Source: Camelus ferus
Taxonomy: Eukaryota
Direction of reading: 5' to 3'
Assembly: GCF_009834535.1 (NCBI RefSeq)
Contig: NC_045696.1
Span: 98,768,001-98,832,000, forward strand
DNA length: 64,000 bases
Shown here piece after piece: positions 25,881 through 37,519 of this stretch (its first letter is position 1; the number at the start of each line of letters is the position of its first letter). The notes under the pieces are model-generated. The model ran no database searches, was not told the DNA's origin, and saw nothing but the letters and a program-made list of their open reading frames with translations. The position numbers were made by a program, and so were the translations under genes.

Positions 25881-26479
25881 ATACTGCTATTTAATATTGA
25901 ATTGATGGTAGTTGCCAATATTCTGTCAAGTTATCATTTGTTAAGGTTATAGTTAAACATTTACATTAGTATTTGCCATTTTTTTGTTGCTTTTACTTTG
26001 CCCACTCCTCTGCTATGGGAGGCAGGGGTGGTCAAGGAGTTCAGATACCCTAAAAGGCAAGTTCTGAATGAGCCACCATCTGAGCATATAGTGAAAGGAA
26101 ATGGTTGTCTTGGCAACTGGGTCAAAATTAGTGCTTTCAAACCCTGACTCTTCTACTCAGGTAACCTTTTCGTTCAGCAGTTTTCAGATACACTTTAATA
26201 CTATGAGTCAGATCTCTTATTACCAGTAGAAATTTATCAGCTGACTGCCTTTTTTTCCCCCTTATTTGTAAGTTGTGCTCCTTGAATTGTAATTATACTT
26301 GGGGTAGTTGGACTGTACAATAAGATCTTGAATTATTCCACTGAACAAGTTTCAGTACACTGAAACAGCAATCTGTAAATCTGTAAATCAAATTGTTTGC
26401 AGAAAATCTAAAATTTTTATTTCTTTGTGTTTTATTCCAACATGCTTATTAATTCTAATATGTAAATCTTTTCCCCAAT

Positions 26480-27540
26480 TTGGAGAAGACATAAATTTTT
26501 TGTAAAAAATTGTAAAACCTATAAAAATTAAAGAAGAAAATATTATCTATAAATCCATCAGTCTTGTATGGTTACATTTTATTCCAGTCTTTTTGTCATG
26601 TGCATTTTGGAACGATGCCATATTTCTTCTCTTTTTGCCACTTATTCTTTCCCAGGAATCTGTTGCTTAACAATTTATCCTATTAATATAATAGTTTGTA
26701 ATAGTGTAGTACCACATCCATGGTATTACTATTGTACTCATAATTTATTTGAAATATTGTCCTATGTTCACTTTGTACTATTTTTATTTTAAATATTGTA
26801 AAATCATTGTATATAAAGTTTTTCCTGTGTCTCTGCTTATTTCCTTAGAATACATTCTTATAAGCGGAATGTTGGCTCAACCAGTGTGCCATTTTGCAGT
26901 TTTCCTTATTTATTGTCAAATTATTCCCTAGATTCTGGAATAATTCTAGAGTCAAAAATGTTTTCATCAATTTATGCTCCTTCCATCAAAGTAAGAAAGC
27001 TCCAGTGTCATCATACTCTATCCAGCTTTGGGATTTGCCAGTAGAAGAGTCTCAAAACCAGTATTTTGCAACTAATTTCTTTATTAGTGAGATTGAACAT
27101 ATTTTTGTATTTTATTAAATATTTATACTTATTTTTAAGTGAATTATATATATTCAGCTCTTATTCACCTATTTTTTTTTTTCTGTTTTTTGGGGAAGGA
27201 GGTAATTAGGTTTATTTATTTATTTATTTAAGTGGGGGTACTGGGGATTGAACCCAGGACCCATGCATACTAAGTAAGCACTTTACTGCTGAGCTATACC
27301 CGCCCTCCTTTATTCACCTCTTTGTTGATGTGTTTTCTACTCTCATTTTCCTTTGCAATTTTTAATATCAAAAATTTTCTTTTAATTCTGTGGAAGTCAA
27401 ATTAATTTCCCCTTTCACCAGTGTCTTTCTTCTTTTTTTGTGTTTAGAGATCCTTCCCAAACCCAAGATTAGAAAAAAAAACTTCCGTATTTCCTTCTGA
27501 GTGCTTCATGATTTTGTTCTATTTAACTTATTTATGGAAT
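26480..27540 (-). mobile_element. Old L1ME-like fragment interrupted by a SINE
   Basis: ttatttccttagaatacattct, ttctttattagtgagattgaacatattttt, tccttcccaaacccaagatt. Confidence 0.6.
27171..27309 (-). mobile_element. Camelid tRNA-derived SINE (Vic-1 type) with 10-bp TSD
   Basis: Reverse strand gggtatagctcagcagtaaag...gggtcctgggttcaatccccagtacc (A/B boxes), aataaacctaattacctcc tail, poly-A; TSD ttattcacct at 27161-27170 and 27310-27319. Confidence 0.9.
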
Positions 27541-28680
27541 TAATTTTAATGCCTGTTTAGAAAAGAAGGACTCAACTGGGCCAGTGCATTTACAGTACCT
27601 CATTTAACTGCCATACCAATTCCATGAGATAGATATCACCAATCTTAATAGAAAATTGAGAGGTATAGAGATGTTTTTACCAAAGTTCAAGCATCTAATA
27701 CGTGGCTTGTTTAACTGTTATAATCCACATCAGCGTGGGAGGTTTCCTCAGGGGCTTTGTAGATGTACATTAGCTTTCCCTAAGAATCTCCTGGATTGCT
27801 GCCTGATCAGACATGATGATGGGACTTCCCAATTACTTAGTTCCAGTCTTTGCATCATGCCACCAAGATGCTTCCTTTGCCTCTGATAAACTTCACGAGA
27901 GGGTGAGTCTACTATGTACTGCTTTCCAATAGAGACTAGTATTGCCATCTCTCTTCTGGAATCAAACACTGACATCTTAGCTACTTCTTTCAAGCACAGA
28001 AAAGGTTTTTTTCCCTGATTTTACATAGGCTTAGTAGTGCAAAGTTCAGGAAATAACTCTTTAGGAAACTTTGCTGAAAGTTTAGAGATAATGAAAGGGA
28101 AGCTCAAAATAGAGAACAACGGTGCACAAGTTCAGGTGCTCTCACTGCAATGGCCCTTGACTTCAAGAAGCCAGAGGCATCTCATCCCTTCTACTAGAAG
28201 AGGAAGCTCAGCTGTACCACCTGTAGGGGAAGCTCACTGCAAGACTACCACCATCAGCGGGACTCCAGGCATCTTTGTGCTTCAGTCTGGGCCAGAGTAA
28301 CTCCTGACCCTAACGAGAGAAGAAAGATTTTCCCTTTTACTCAATCACTCACTCCATTGCTTGCTCACTCATTCACTCAATTTTGAGTCTCAATTTTCTG
28401 TCCCAGCATCAATCTCTTCATAGTATAATTTAAAATGGGACTATACATTTCCTCCTGGGGGAACCCCACCCCTAAACATCCCCCCACCAATATACATGGA
28501 TCTGGTCTATTCTAGTCCTGTAGCATCAATAAAAGGACCAACTACAGTAGTCCAGTATCCCCAAAGCTGGATTATTAAGACGTAGGTAATACCTAAACAA
28601 TATCAATCATCTGGAGGAAGCCATGTCGTTTGTTCAGATTTCTTTTCATTTTTCTCTAATCAGCTTAGCTAAAATAGTTT

Positions 28681-29190
28681 GTGATCTGTTCTATCTTTAT
28701 CAGTGTGGAAGAAATATCCCCCCAAATTAATGACTTAAAAAATTATTTTGCTTACATATTTGTCTGTAGTTTGTGCAGAACTTGGTGGAGCTTGGCATCA
28801 GCAAAGATACCTTACTTGCTGGGAACTAAAGTCATCTGATGACTTATCTGTCAGTTGGAACCTTAGCCAAGATTACCAAGCAGAACACTTTACAAATGAT
28901 GTTTTGATGTGGTTCAGGATTCCTCACAATACTGTGTTTGGGTTGAAAGGGTGAGAGTCCCAAGAGACAGAGAGCCAGGAGGAAGTTATGTTACTTTATG
29001 ATCTACTACTGAAAGTCACAAAGCATCATTTCTACCACATTTTATTAAATCAAAGCAGCCACAGAGTTCCATCCAGTTTCAAAGAAATGGGAAATAGACT
29101 GTACTTCTTGAAGGAGGATTGAGAAGGTTCTGGAAAAATGCATGGGTCCAGCAATATTACAGTGGCTGGTTTTATAAAATATAACCTACA
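28681..29190 (-). mobile_element. MaLR LTR, MLT1F/G-like
   Basis: cccaaattaatgacttaaaa, aaagtcacaaagcatcatttctaccacattttatt, aaaatataacctaca. Confidence 0.75.
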
Positions 29191-29585
29191 TAGTCTCCCT
29201 TCTGGTGATAAAATCCACATTCATCCCACACATTTTAAAGAAAAATAAACACCTCGTCTCTTAGGACCCCAACGTCTTATCCCATTATGGTTTCAGGTTC
29301 AAGTTCAAAGTCTAAATTATGTTCAGTTGCATATCAGATCTCTCAGTGTGTGGTTCTCAAGTATGAATTCCTTGAGAATAGTTTTTATAGATTAAAAAAA
29401 AATTAAACTAAATAGACAAGTTATCAGCTCCCAAGACATCCGACATACAATGGCAGGACATGCATCAGATAATCACTCTAAACACTCTCATTCAAAATAG
29501 ACTGAAAGGAGAGGCCCACACGAATCAGTGGTCCACAGAACTCTAAACTCCTGGAAGGCACATGTTGGCAGTCCCTTGACTAGTG
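29191..29585 (-). mobile_element. MLT1 internal sequence contiguous with the LTR
   Basis: tcttatcccattatgg, aaactaaatagacaagttatc, catacaatggcaggacatgcat, aacactctcattcaaaa resemble MLT1-int. Confidence 0.65.
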
Positions 29586-32500
29586 ACTACTTAATGAGGG
29601 TAAAAGGATTAAAAGGGACTTTTATTTACTGTCTTATTAACTTCCTAATATTTAAAATGTATACAGTGAGCATGCATTTATGGATTAATTTTGTAGTTAC
29701 AGTAATATAAATATATGTTTTAATTTGGAAAAAGAGATTAAATGAGGAATTCATAAGGCAAAAAATAACATAGAATAATCCAAACACAAACAAAGATTTG
29801 AAGTCAAAATGATGAATACAACATAATTAAATTATGAATACAATATAAATTAAAACCTGCTTGTAATTATAGGTCTGTAGCTTGAAAATTAATACATGAA
29901 TATAAAAGGAAAGCAGACAATTATGGTGACCATATTTTGTTTTGTTTTGTTTTACTTTGTACTTTCCTGGGATCTACTAAAGAAATATGAAACAAATTAA
30001 ACCAAAATATTTTGTGGAGTATAACGTAAGCTATTTAGAGACATTGAGGATTGTGAAGTTCTGGGTAAACTCACTCTCAGAACAATGAAAAATTCACCAT
30101 GAAAAGTATTAACATTTAAAAGTTTACTTTAATTCAAATGAAGATATTTCTAAAATACAAAATCTCCTGTATTTTTAAATGTAGCTTGCTCAGTTGGGAT
30201 CATTAGTTTCATTTTACTCAACATAAATAAAAATATTGTTACATAAGACACTAATTAGCTCAGAATCTGTTGAAATATGAAGTTCACCTTTTCCCTTTAT
30301 CTGTTTCTATGAAATAATGATTACTATTTTTATTGAATGATAGAGTAAACAGACTAACAATCCAAATAGAGATCTGAAAATAAAAGTTATGGATACAACA
30401 TCTGTAAATTTATATGACAATTCCAAATCTTCTTTTGAAAATTAACACATGAACGTAAGAAAAAAAACAAAGTATGATGGCCAAGATTATTTTATGTTAT
30501 CCCCTCCTAGAATCTACTGTAGGCAAAAGAAATTATGAAAATGAAAGACTGCTGTAGTTTTTGAAATTCTGAACCATATCGCTTTCCACTAATATTCATA
30601 GACTGTGTGCTGGCAAATTCGGTTATAATTTGCTATTTCTAATTTGACTTTGAAGTTGGATAACTAAGTCCAGGGCCTTGTGAATTAAACAAAAAATAAA
30701 TCATTTTCATAAAATAAATGAAATAAATCATCTTTGAGCTATAGCTCCAGAGGCTTCTTGATAAGTAAAAGTTAATCTGAACTTTGCATAGTTGGTTATC
30801 TTTGCAGGAGTCTTACTTGCTTGATTCACTTTTTGTAACCATGTTCCAAACAGGTTTTATTGCAAGATGGCTGGGGCTAGAATTCATGGTATGTGGTCTT
30901 GTGATTCATTATTTTTCTAAAATATTTGTGGCAGAATTTTTAATGCACTCTTTTGTAGTGAGAGTAGTGACGGTATGAAATAAACTTATATTCATCCCCT
31001 GAAATTCAGTTCCCTGAATGTTTAGTTCTGGAAGGGAACTGAAGCCTGCATTTCAATTCTGAGGTTTCTAAATTCTCTTCTGAAAATCTTTCATCCCAAC
31101 GACACACTGGAGAGTAATGGCCAGTACATCTTATTGCAAACGTACTTTACTCAACCCTCCAGGGCTCACTGAAATATCTTCTAGACTGGCCTCATAGGGA
31201 CAGACATCAAAGCAGAGAAACAGCCAACCTGCACGATGCTGGGAAACCTTAAAAACAACAATGGGTAAGATGGTACTTTATGGACCGAATGCCCCTCTGT
31301 CTTATTCAGCACATTTTGTGGAGTATCTCATTTTCTAAAGCACTTTGACAGTTCACCTTTAATGAAATCAAAGCTTTTAAGGGGAAAGGACTGATGATAT
31401 TGCAGCCCTGATATTCCCTCTCGAACCAGATGGGCATAGTGTTAGATGCTTAACTTAGCACAGTGTTAGCTGCAAGATGCATGAGTTCCAAAATGATTCT
31501 AAGTGTTCATTTAACGTGAGGCTTCCTTTGAGAAAAGGCTGCCAGTGGTGCATAATTGTGCCAAATGTGCAGTAGTTTCATAATGTGGGCTGTAATCCAC
31601 TAGGAACTAAATCCTGCTATTACTCTCTTTAGGGAGACTTCTAAAATTCTGCTCTTCTTATTGTGAACAGTAACCTGGAGTAGTTAGGGGTTACTGGAAA
31701 TCTCCTTAAAAAATTGCTGCACATGTGTCGAAGCTTCCTTAATGTAAGTCACAGTAATGTGTTCATCAATTGGGCTGTCCCCAGAGCCACAAGATTGGGC
31801 ATCCAACATATCATTTCTTCTCCTCTAAGAAGTTATTCTTTTCTTTTGTGTATTATGACTTTAGTTATAATTGGATATTAAAAATTAAATAATTAGTGTC
31901 TTCTTCAATAATTGGAATAATTTTTGTCTACTGACAGGGACCCTATTTCCATGGTAGTGGTGTTACAGTGGGATCTGGCTTTATGAAAATGTAGATGAAT
32001 ACAAAAGCACACCTTTCACATGGGGATTTCAATTCACCATTCATATATTTGTGTGAGTGAGGGAGTGTGTGTGTTTGTGCGTGCGCGCGTGCGCGGACTG
32101 CAATGTTGACATTAACCCATTCAAAGAGCAAACCCAGCAACCATTTCCTGAAGCACTGCCACCTTCTGTAACTATTCAGGCAGGAAGTGAAGAGTTTCTT
32201 ATTGAACTGAACCAACCAGGGGCCTTTAAAGACAGCAGAAGGCAATTACCCCAATTGAAATTTGGCCAGGACACTGGAGCTAGTGCCTCAGCTCTTCCAG
32301 AAAGTACCAGGACTGGTTTTATGTCATGATAGAAAGTTGATGACCATGGTCAAAAAGTGCCTTGCTTTCATATAGGGTTTGGCAATCCAGAGCTGAAGTT
32401 GCCTTTTCTAAAAAAACAAAAAACAAAAAACAAAAAATAAGTAATTGGACAAACAGTGGATTGGTGCAATCAGTTCTCATTCGGGTAGTTTGTTTTTTGA

Positions 32501-32744
32501 AAGAGAGAAACAAGGGTTCTGTTTTTTTCTTGGACCAGCTCACAGTTCTTTTTGTTACTTCAATGACCAAAAAACATATTGCATCTAAATCCCTATGATT
32601 TATCATGAAAATTAGCCCCGTCTCTTACCAAAGTAAAACAAGATAATAATTTCATTCTATGTCTTTTGATATAACTTGTTTAGAACAAGTTTTAGATTTG
32701 AACATTTAAAATTTTAAATTTATGATATTAGCAGAGCTTCCATA

Positions 32745-32915
32745 CATCATCAGATAATTATATTAGTAATGAATTTATATGCAAAGATTGTAATAAAACA
32801 GATTCAAGATAATAATTATCTTATATATAAGATAATGTATATACAATATAATATATTTATATATTTGACTTATATATATTTAAATATAATATATAATTAT
32901 TATATAAAATGTAAT
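32745..32915. repeat. AT-rich low-complexity tract
   Basis: Read directly. Confidence 0.8.
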
Positions 32916-33429
32916 ACGTCAGAATGATTAGTTTTAGGAGAGATCAGCTGCAAGGTAAATGCCTAATTATAGGTTGAAAAAGGCTTTTATAATATCTAGT
33001 GCAAAAGAATTATTTGACACTATTCAGTTATAATCTAAATATATTTCAAATTGATGGAAACAATATTTCAAAATTTCTAAAGATAGTACAATTTCAGTAC
33101 ATGTTTCAAACAGACCTAATAAATTGATAATAAATGCATCTTTACAAAGAAAAAGGCTTAAAGCATTTTCAGTAGCTTTAATTACTATAATAAGACTTGG
33201 TTCTTAATAACTAAGGAAGTATTAAAGGAAAGGTAATTCTTATGTTAAAAGGAATGATAATGTAATTCAATTTACAAGTGTAATAGTTTTCAGTTTAAGT
33301 TTTATGTTTCAAATATCACACAATTATCCAAGTGTCTCTACTTGTGAGTGAAATTTATTTTCTCATTTATCTTTATACTCATAGAACTAATCCCGAAGTT
33401 GCTCTTAAATGTACTGCTCAGCTTTGCTA

Positions 33430-33660
33430 TGTCCGTTTGGGTCAGGGGGTCAGAACACTATTCTCATGAGGTCAGGGTCATCCTCATTAGCGTTGCTCTG
33501 CTCTGAAGCCACCCATTATGCCTTTCGTCCTTAGAAGCCTGGGGTGACTGGAAGGAAAAGCAGATGGATCCAGAAAAATCTATCAGCACCATAAGTACCC
33601 CAACTAATGGCAGGTCAGCACTGCCATTTCCATACACAAAGAATATGGCATTTTATTACT
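33430..33660 (+). mobile_element. Probable MamSINE1 (ancient tRNA-headed SINE)
   Basis: Degenerate tRNA head (tcagggggtcagaac...atgaggtcagggtc), ttagcgttgctctg, gatggatcc...aaatctatcagcacc, ctaatggcaggtcag, collinear with the remembered consensus. Confidence 0.6.
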
Positions 33661-33929
33661 CTTCAGCCTCTATATTCTTCTCAAATCTGCTCATCAGAAA
33701 AAAGATGCCTATGTCAATAAGGCAAAAAGAAGTTACCATATTTTAATTTAAAAAAGTAATGTTTTTCTAATAATAAAGGAAGAGTCTTTTTAAAGCATTA
33801 TATTTAAAAGATAATCCTTTGTAAAGTGAATCTAATTTTAAAAATTTCACAATTTAGTGGCATGAAGAAATCCCTAAAATGTAATTTTAATTAAATTATG
33901 CTCATGACATAATGTTAAATTGAATACAA

Positions 33930-34125
33930 AATTTTATATAGTAAATATATATTATAATATATAATTATATTGCTATATATTAATATATAACATACATTAT
34001 ATTAATATGTAATATTAATTAATGCTATAATAACATATATTATGACATTACATATTAATTATATTAATATATTATAATACATGATTATAATATTACAATT
34101 CCAGGATAATATTACATATCATTAT
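33930..34125. repeat. AT-rich low-complexity tract (tatattat-type)
   Basis: Read directly. Confidence 0.85.
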
Positions 34126-34164
34126 ATCCCTGAAGGAAACAATAAAAAGCAAGACAAACATACA

Positions 34165-34381
34165 AAAGGCAGCAGAACCAAGAGAAAGGATGAGAGGAGA
34201 AAAAAAGAAGATGAGGAGGTCTGGAGTGACTGCAAACGACACAATTTGACACCCTGGAGCCAAGTGTGTCTGAGGTAGGTCTTATTTACCCCTAGAATTT
34301 TAATTACATGAAATTGTAAATCTCCCTTTGTTTTTCTTAAGCTGATTTGAGTTAAAGACCCAAAAAATCCTTACCAATACA
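34165..34381 (+). mobile_element. MLT1J/K-like LTR 3' half
   Basis: gcagaaccaagaga...tttgacaccctggagccaag...cttaagctgatttgagtt...ccttaccaataca. Confidence 0.55.
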
Positions 34382-34599
34382 TCTGATGTTGCCTCAATTA
34401 ACAGATAGTTAACTGAGCCAAATAAGTAAACTGTATAGTACTTCACAACTGAAAGCATGTATGTTCATGCTTGCATAATTTTTTGATATTCCACTGCATA
34501 TCTACATCTTATAGGGGGGAAAGGAGCTCATTTCATTTAACAAAGTGTAAAAATATATACAAAAATTTTTAGGATTAGCATTTTTAAAATATGTTTCAT

Positions 34600-35785
34600 A
34601 ATGAATACAAAATAGAAAAGGCAACCTACAGAATAGGAAAAAATATTTGCAAACCATATATTTGATAAGGAGTTAATATCCAAAATGTATGAGAAATGCA
34701 TACAAACTAATAGCAAATCAAAAATCAAAGATAATCATTTAAAAATGGGCAAAGGTCTTGAACAGACATTTTTCCAAAGAAGATACACAAATGGCCAATA
34801 AGTACATGAAAATATGCTTAACATCACTTAATCATGAGGGACATGCAAATCAAAATCACAGTGAGATATCACCTCGCATCTGTTAAAACGGTTTTTATCA
34901 AAAAGACAAGAGATAGCAAGTGCTGGAGTAGAGAAAAGGGAACCCTCGTACACTGTTGGTGGGATGTAAATTGGTACGGCCACTATGGAGAACAGTGTGG
35001 AGATGATTCAAGAAATTAAACATATACATATGATATAGCAATCCCACTTTTGAGTGTATACTCCAAGGAAATGAATTCACTATCTCAAAGAGCATTCCCG
35101 TGTTCTTTACTTTATTCACAATAGCTAAGATATGGAAACAATCTGAGTGTCCATTGAAAGATGAAGGGATCAAAAAGATGTGAGAGAGAGATATACATTA
35201 TATACATAGTATATCCATACACTATATGCAGATATATATAGTATTACTATTCAACCATGAGAAAGAAAGAAAGAAATTCTGCCATTTGTGATAGCATAAA
35301 ACTTGGAAAACAGTTTGTTAAATGAAACGAGCCAAACCAAAAAAAGTCAAATACTGTAATCTCACTTGTATGTGGAAACTTAAAAAAAAAAAAAGAAAGA
35401 AAGAAAGAAAGAAAAGAAAAAAAAATTTGGATGAACCCATAGAAACAGAGAATAGAATGATGGTTACCAGGAATTAAGGGTGGGGAAAATGGGGAGATGC
35501 TAGTCAGAGTATAAGACTTCAGTGATAATGTGAATGAGTAAGTTCTGGGGACCTAATGTACACCATGATAACTGTGGTTAATAATACGTATTTTCTACTT
35601 GAGATTTACAGAGTATTCTCACCACACACACACACAAAGGATTTATGTGAGATGGTAAATGTGTGAATTAACCTGATTATGGTCATCATTTCAGAGTGTA
35701 TACATAGATCAAATCATCATGTTTTGTATTTTAAGTATATCCAATTTTTTGGTCAATTCTACCCCAATAAAGCTGGGAAAAAATA
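34600..35785 (+). mobile_element. L1MA-type 3' end (ORF2 C-terminus plus 3'UTR)
   Basis: aaaaggcaacctacagaataggaaaaaatatttgcaaacc; ORF 34834 [13 protein letters not shown]; ends aataaagctgggaaaaaa. Confidence 0.92.
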
Positions 35786-36954
35786 TAACAGTGGCATTTT
35801 ATATATTAAGATAAATGAGAGACTTTTGACAGCACAGGAAGGAAGTGTAGCCTAGAATGATAGAGACAGAAAAGAGAGGGCCAAGGAACAAAGAAGCTGC
35901 ACCCAAGAGCTGACACTGACGGGCATCTTGGAGTATGGCAGAGATAGAAGAAATAGATGGATAGATAAGCAGATAGATAGATAGAGCGATGTCCACTTGA
36001 AACATATATTATAATATAAATTGTTGTTTGCCTTTCTAGATAGATATTCCTGTAATGGCTCTTTCCTCCCACCTCAAAAGTAATTTAAAATCCAAATGCA
36101 CTGAATTATAGACTTGAATCGTTTTAAGTACTGCAACATTCCACAGTGACATTTCCATGAACACACTCTTTTCATTTCCTCCTTCTCCTTGACTGGATAT
36201 GGTAAAGATCAGGAAAGACCCCAAATGGATAAAGCACCGAGACAGGGACATTTGAGAGAGGTATGTAGATGTGGACGTTTTCCTCGGTCCTTCCTGGATG
36301 CTGCCTTGCACAGAAGTATTCCTCTTCCGTGTGTGATGTGTCTGGAAACATGCTATCTTCAGTTCTGAAGAACTAAAGGACGTCATTCCCCAGACCACTG
36401 AGCTCATTCTTTATTCCTCAATGGAAGACGATCTGAAATTACAAACCAAATAGCGAGGGTCTGTGACGCACCAGATCTCTCTGCTGCCGTTTTCACTTTG
36501 AAAACATCAGCCAACATTTTGGATCAGGCTTACAGGTTCCTCCTCCCTGCTTGATGAACCCATCCAGTCTTCCTTCTCTTTCCATCCCTCCTGCTGCTTA
36601 GGTACCAGCAAATCATGACAGTGTGTGGATGCCTTGCTTCCGAAACTACTGAACTGAGGCCCCAGCTCTTTAACTTTCAAAGCTCTGCCTGAGCTTGCAG
36701 AATTGTCATTATATGTTAAAGAAAACTTCCAGGAAAACTGTTCTCTGGAGGATCCCTGCAAAATACCAAACTTAGTTCTACTTAAAGGGAAGGTAACCCA
36801 AGCAAAAATAACAGATCATTAGAACAAGGGAAAATGAATTCTAGAAACCAGAGCAGAGAAAACCCCTTCAGACTGTAATCTCTGCTATTTTAGTACATTT
36901 TGTAGAAAAATATGATTGAATTGATCACAAATTAAGTTACAAAAAGAGATGGAC

Positions 36955-37110
36955 CAGGCTACACGTGGGCGGATGCTCATGTAATTAGGGGAGGCCCTCC
37001 TTAAGAAAAGTCATACAAAATTATACATACAAAACTAGGAATTAAACTATATTTTTTATAATCAGAAAAGGAATCACAACAGATTAAAAATTTTCATAAA
37101 GCTAACCAAA
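36955..37110. mobile_element. hAT-type DNA transposon fragment (MER53-like)
   Basis: ggccctccttaagaaaagtcatacaaaattatacatacaaaactagg. Confidence 0.5.
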
Positions 37111-37216
37111 AAGCTAATATAGGGTTCCATGTAAGCTTTGATAGCATCTCAGTAATCCACTGTCCATTCCAAATGGTTTTCAAGATCTTTCTAAGCAACT
37201 CTCTATTCTGTTTCAT

Positions 37217-37324
37217 TCTCTCTCTCTCTCTCTTTTATTTATTTCTTTAATGGAGGTACTGGGGGTTGAACCCAGGATGTGCATGCTAAGCATGTGCTCT
37301 ACTACTGAGCTATACCCTCTTCCC
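37217..37324 (-). mobile_element. Camelid tRNA-derived SINE (Vic-1 type), short
   Basis: Reverse strand gggtatagctcagtagtagagcacatgcttagcatgcacatcctgggttcaacccccagtacctccatt. Confidence 0.9.
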
Positions 37325-37519
37325 ATTCTATTTTTATTCTGGTACTTCCTCTCAAGCACATCTTCTCTATGTTTAGATGAGTTTGAGTGCCTGTTAGCTT
37401 AACTTTTGATAATTTCCCTGTGACCTATATTCCTCTCCTAGAATTATCTTCATACTCTGTAACCAAACTCCTGTCTGACACTGTTTCTGACTCCCTCTGT
37501 CTCAAAAACCTTCAGAAAG

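Noticed and set aside
26349..26366. 8-bp-arm palindrome gtttcagt-ac-actgaaac
   Set aside because: Short enough to arise by chance in 64 kb.
37250..37324. tRNA-Ala-like sequence as a tRNA gene (also 27235-27305)
   Set aside because: SINE head with A-rich tail and degraded arms; the other copy has a TSD.
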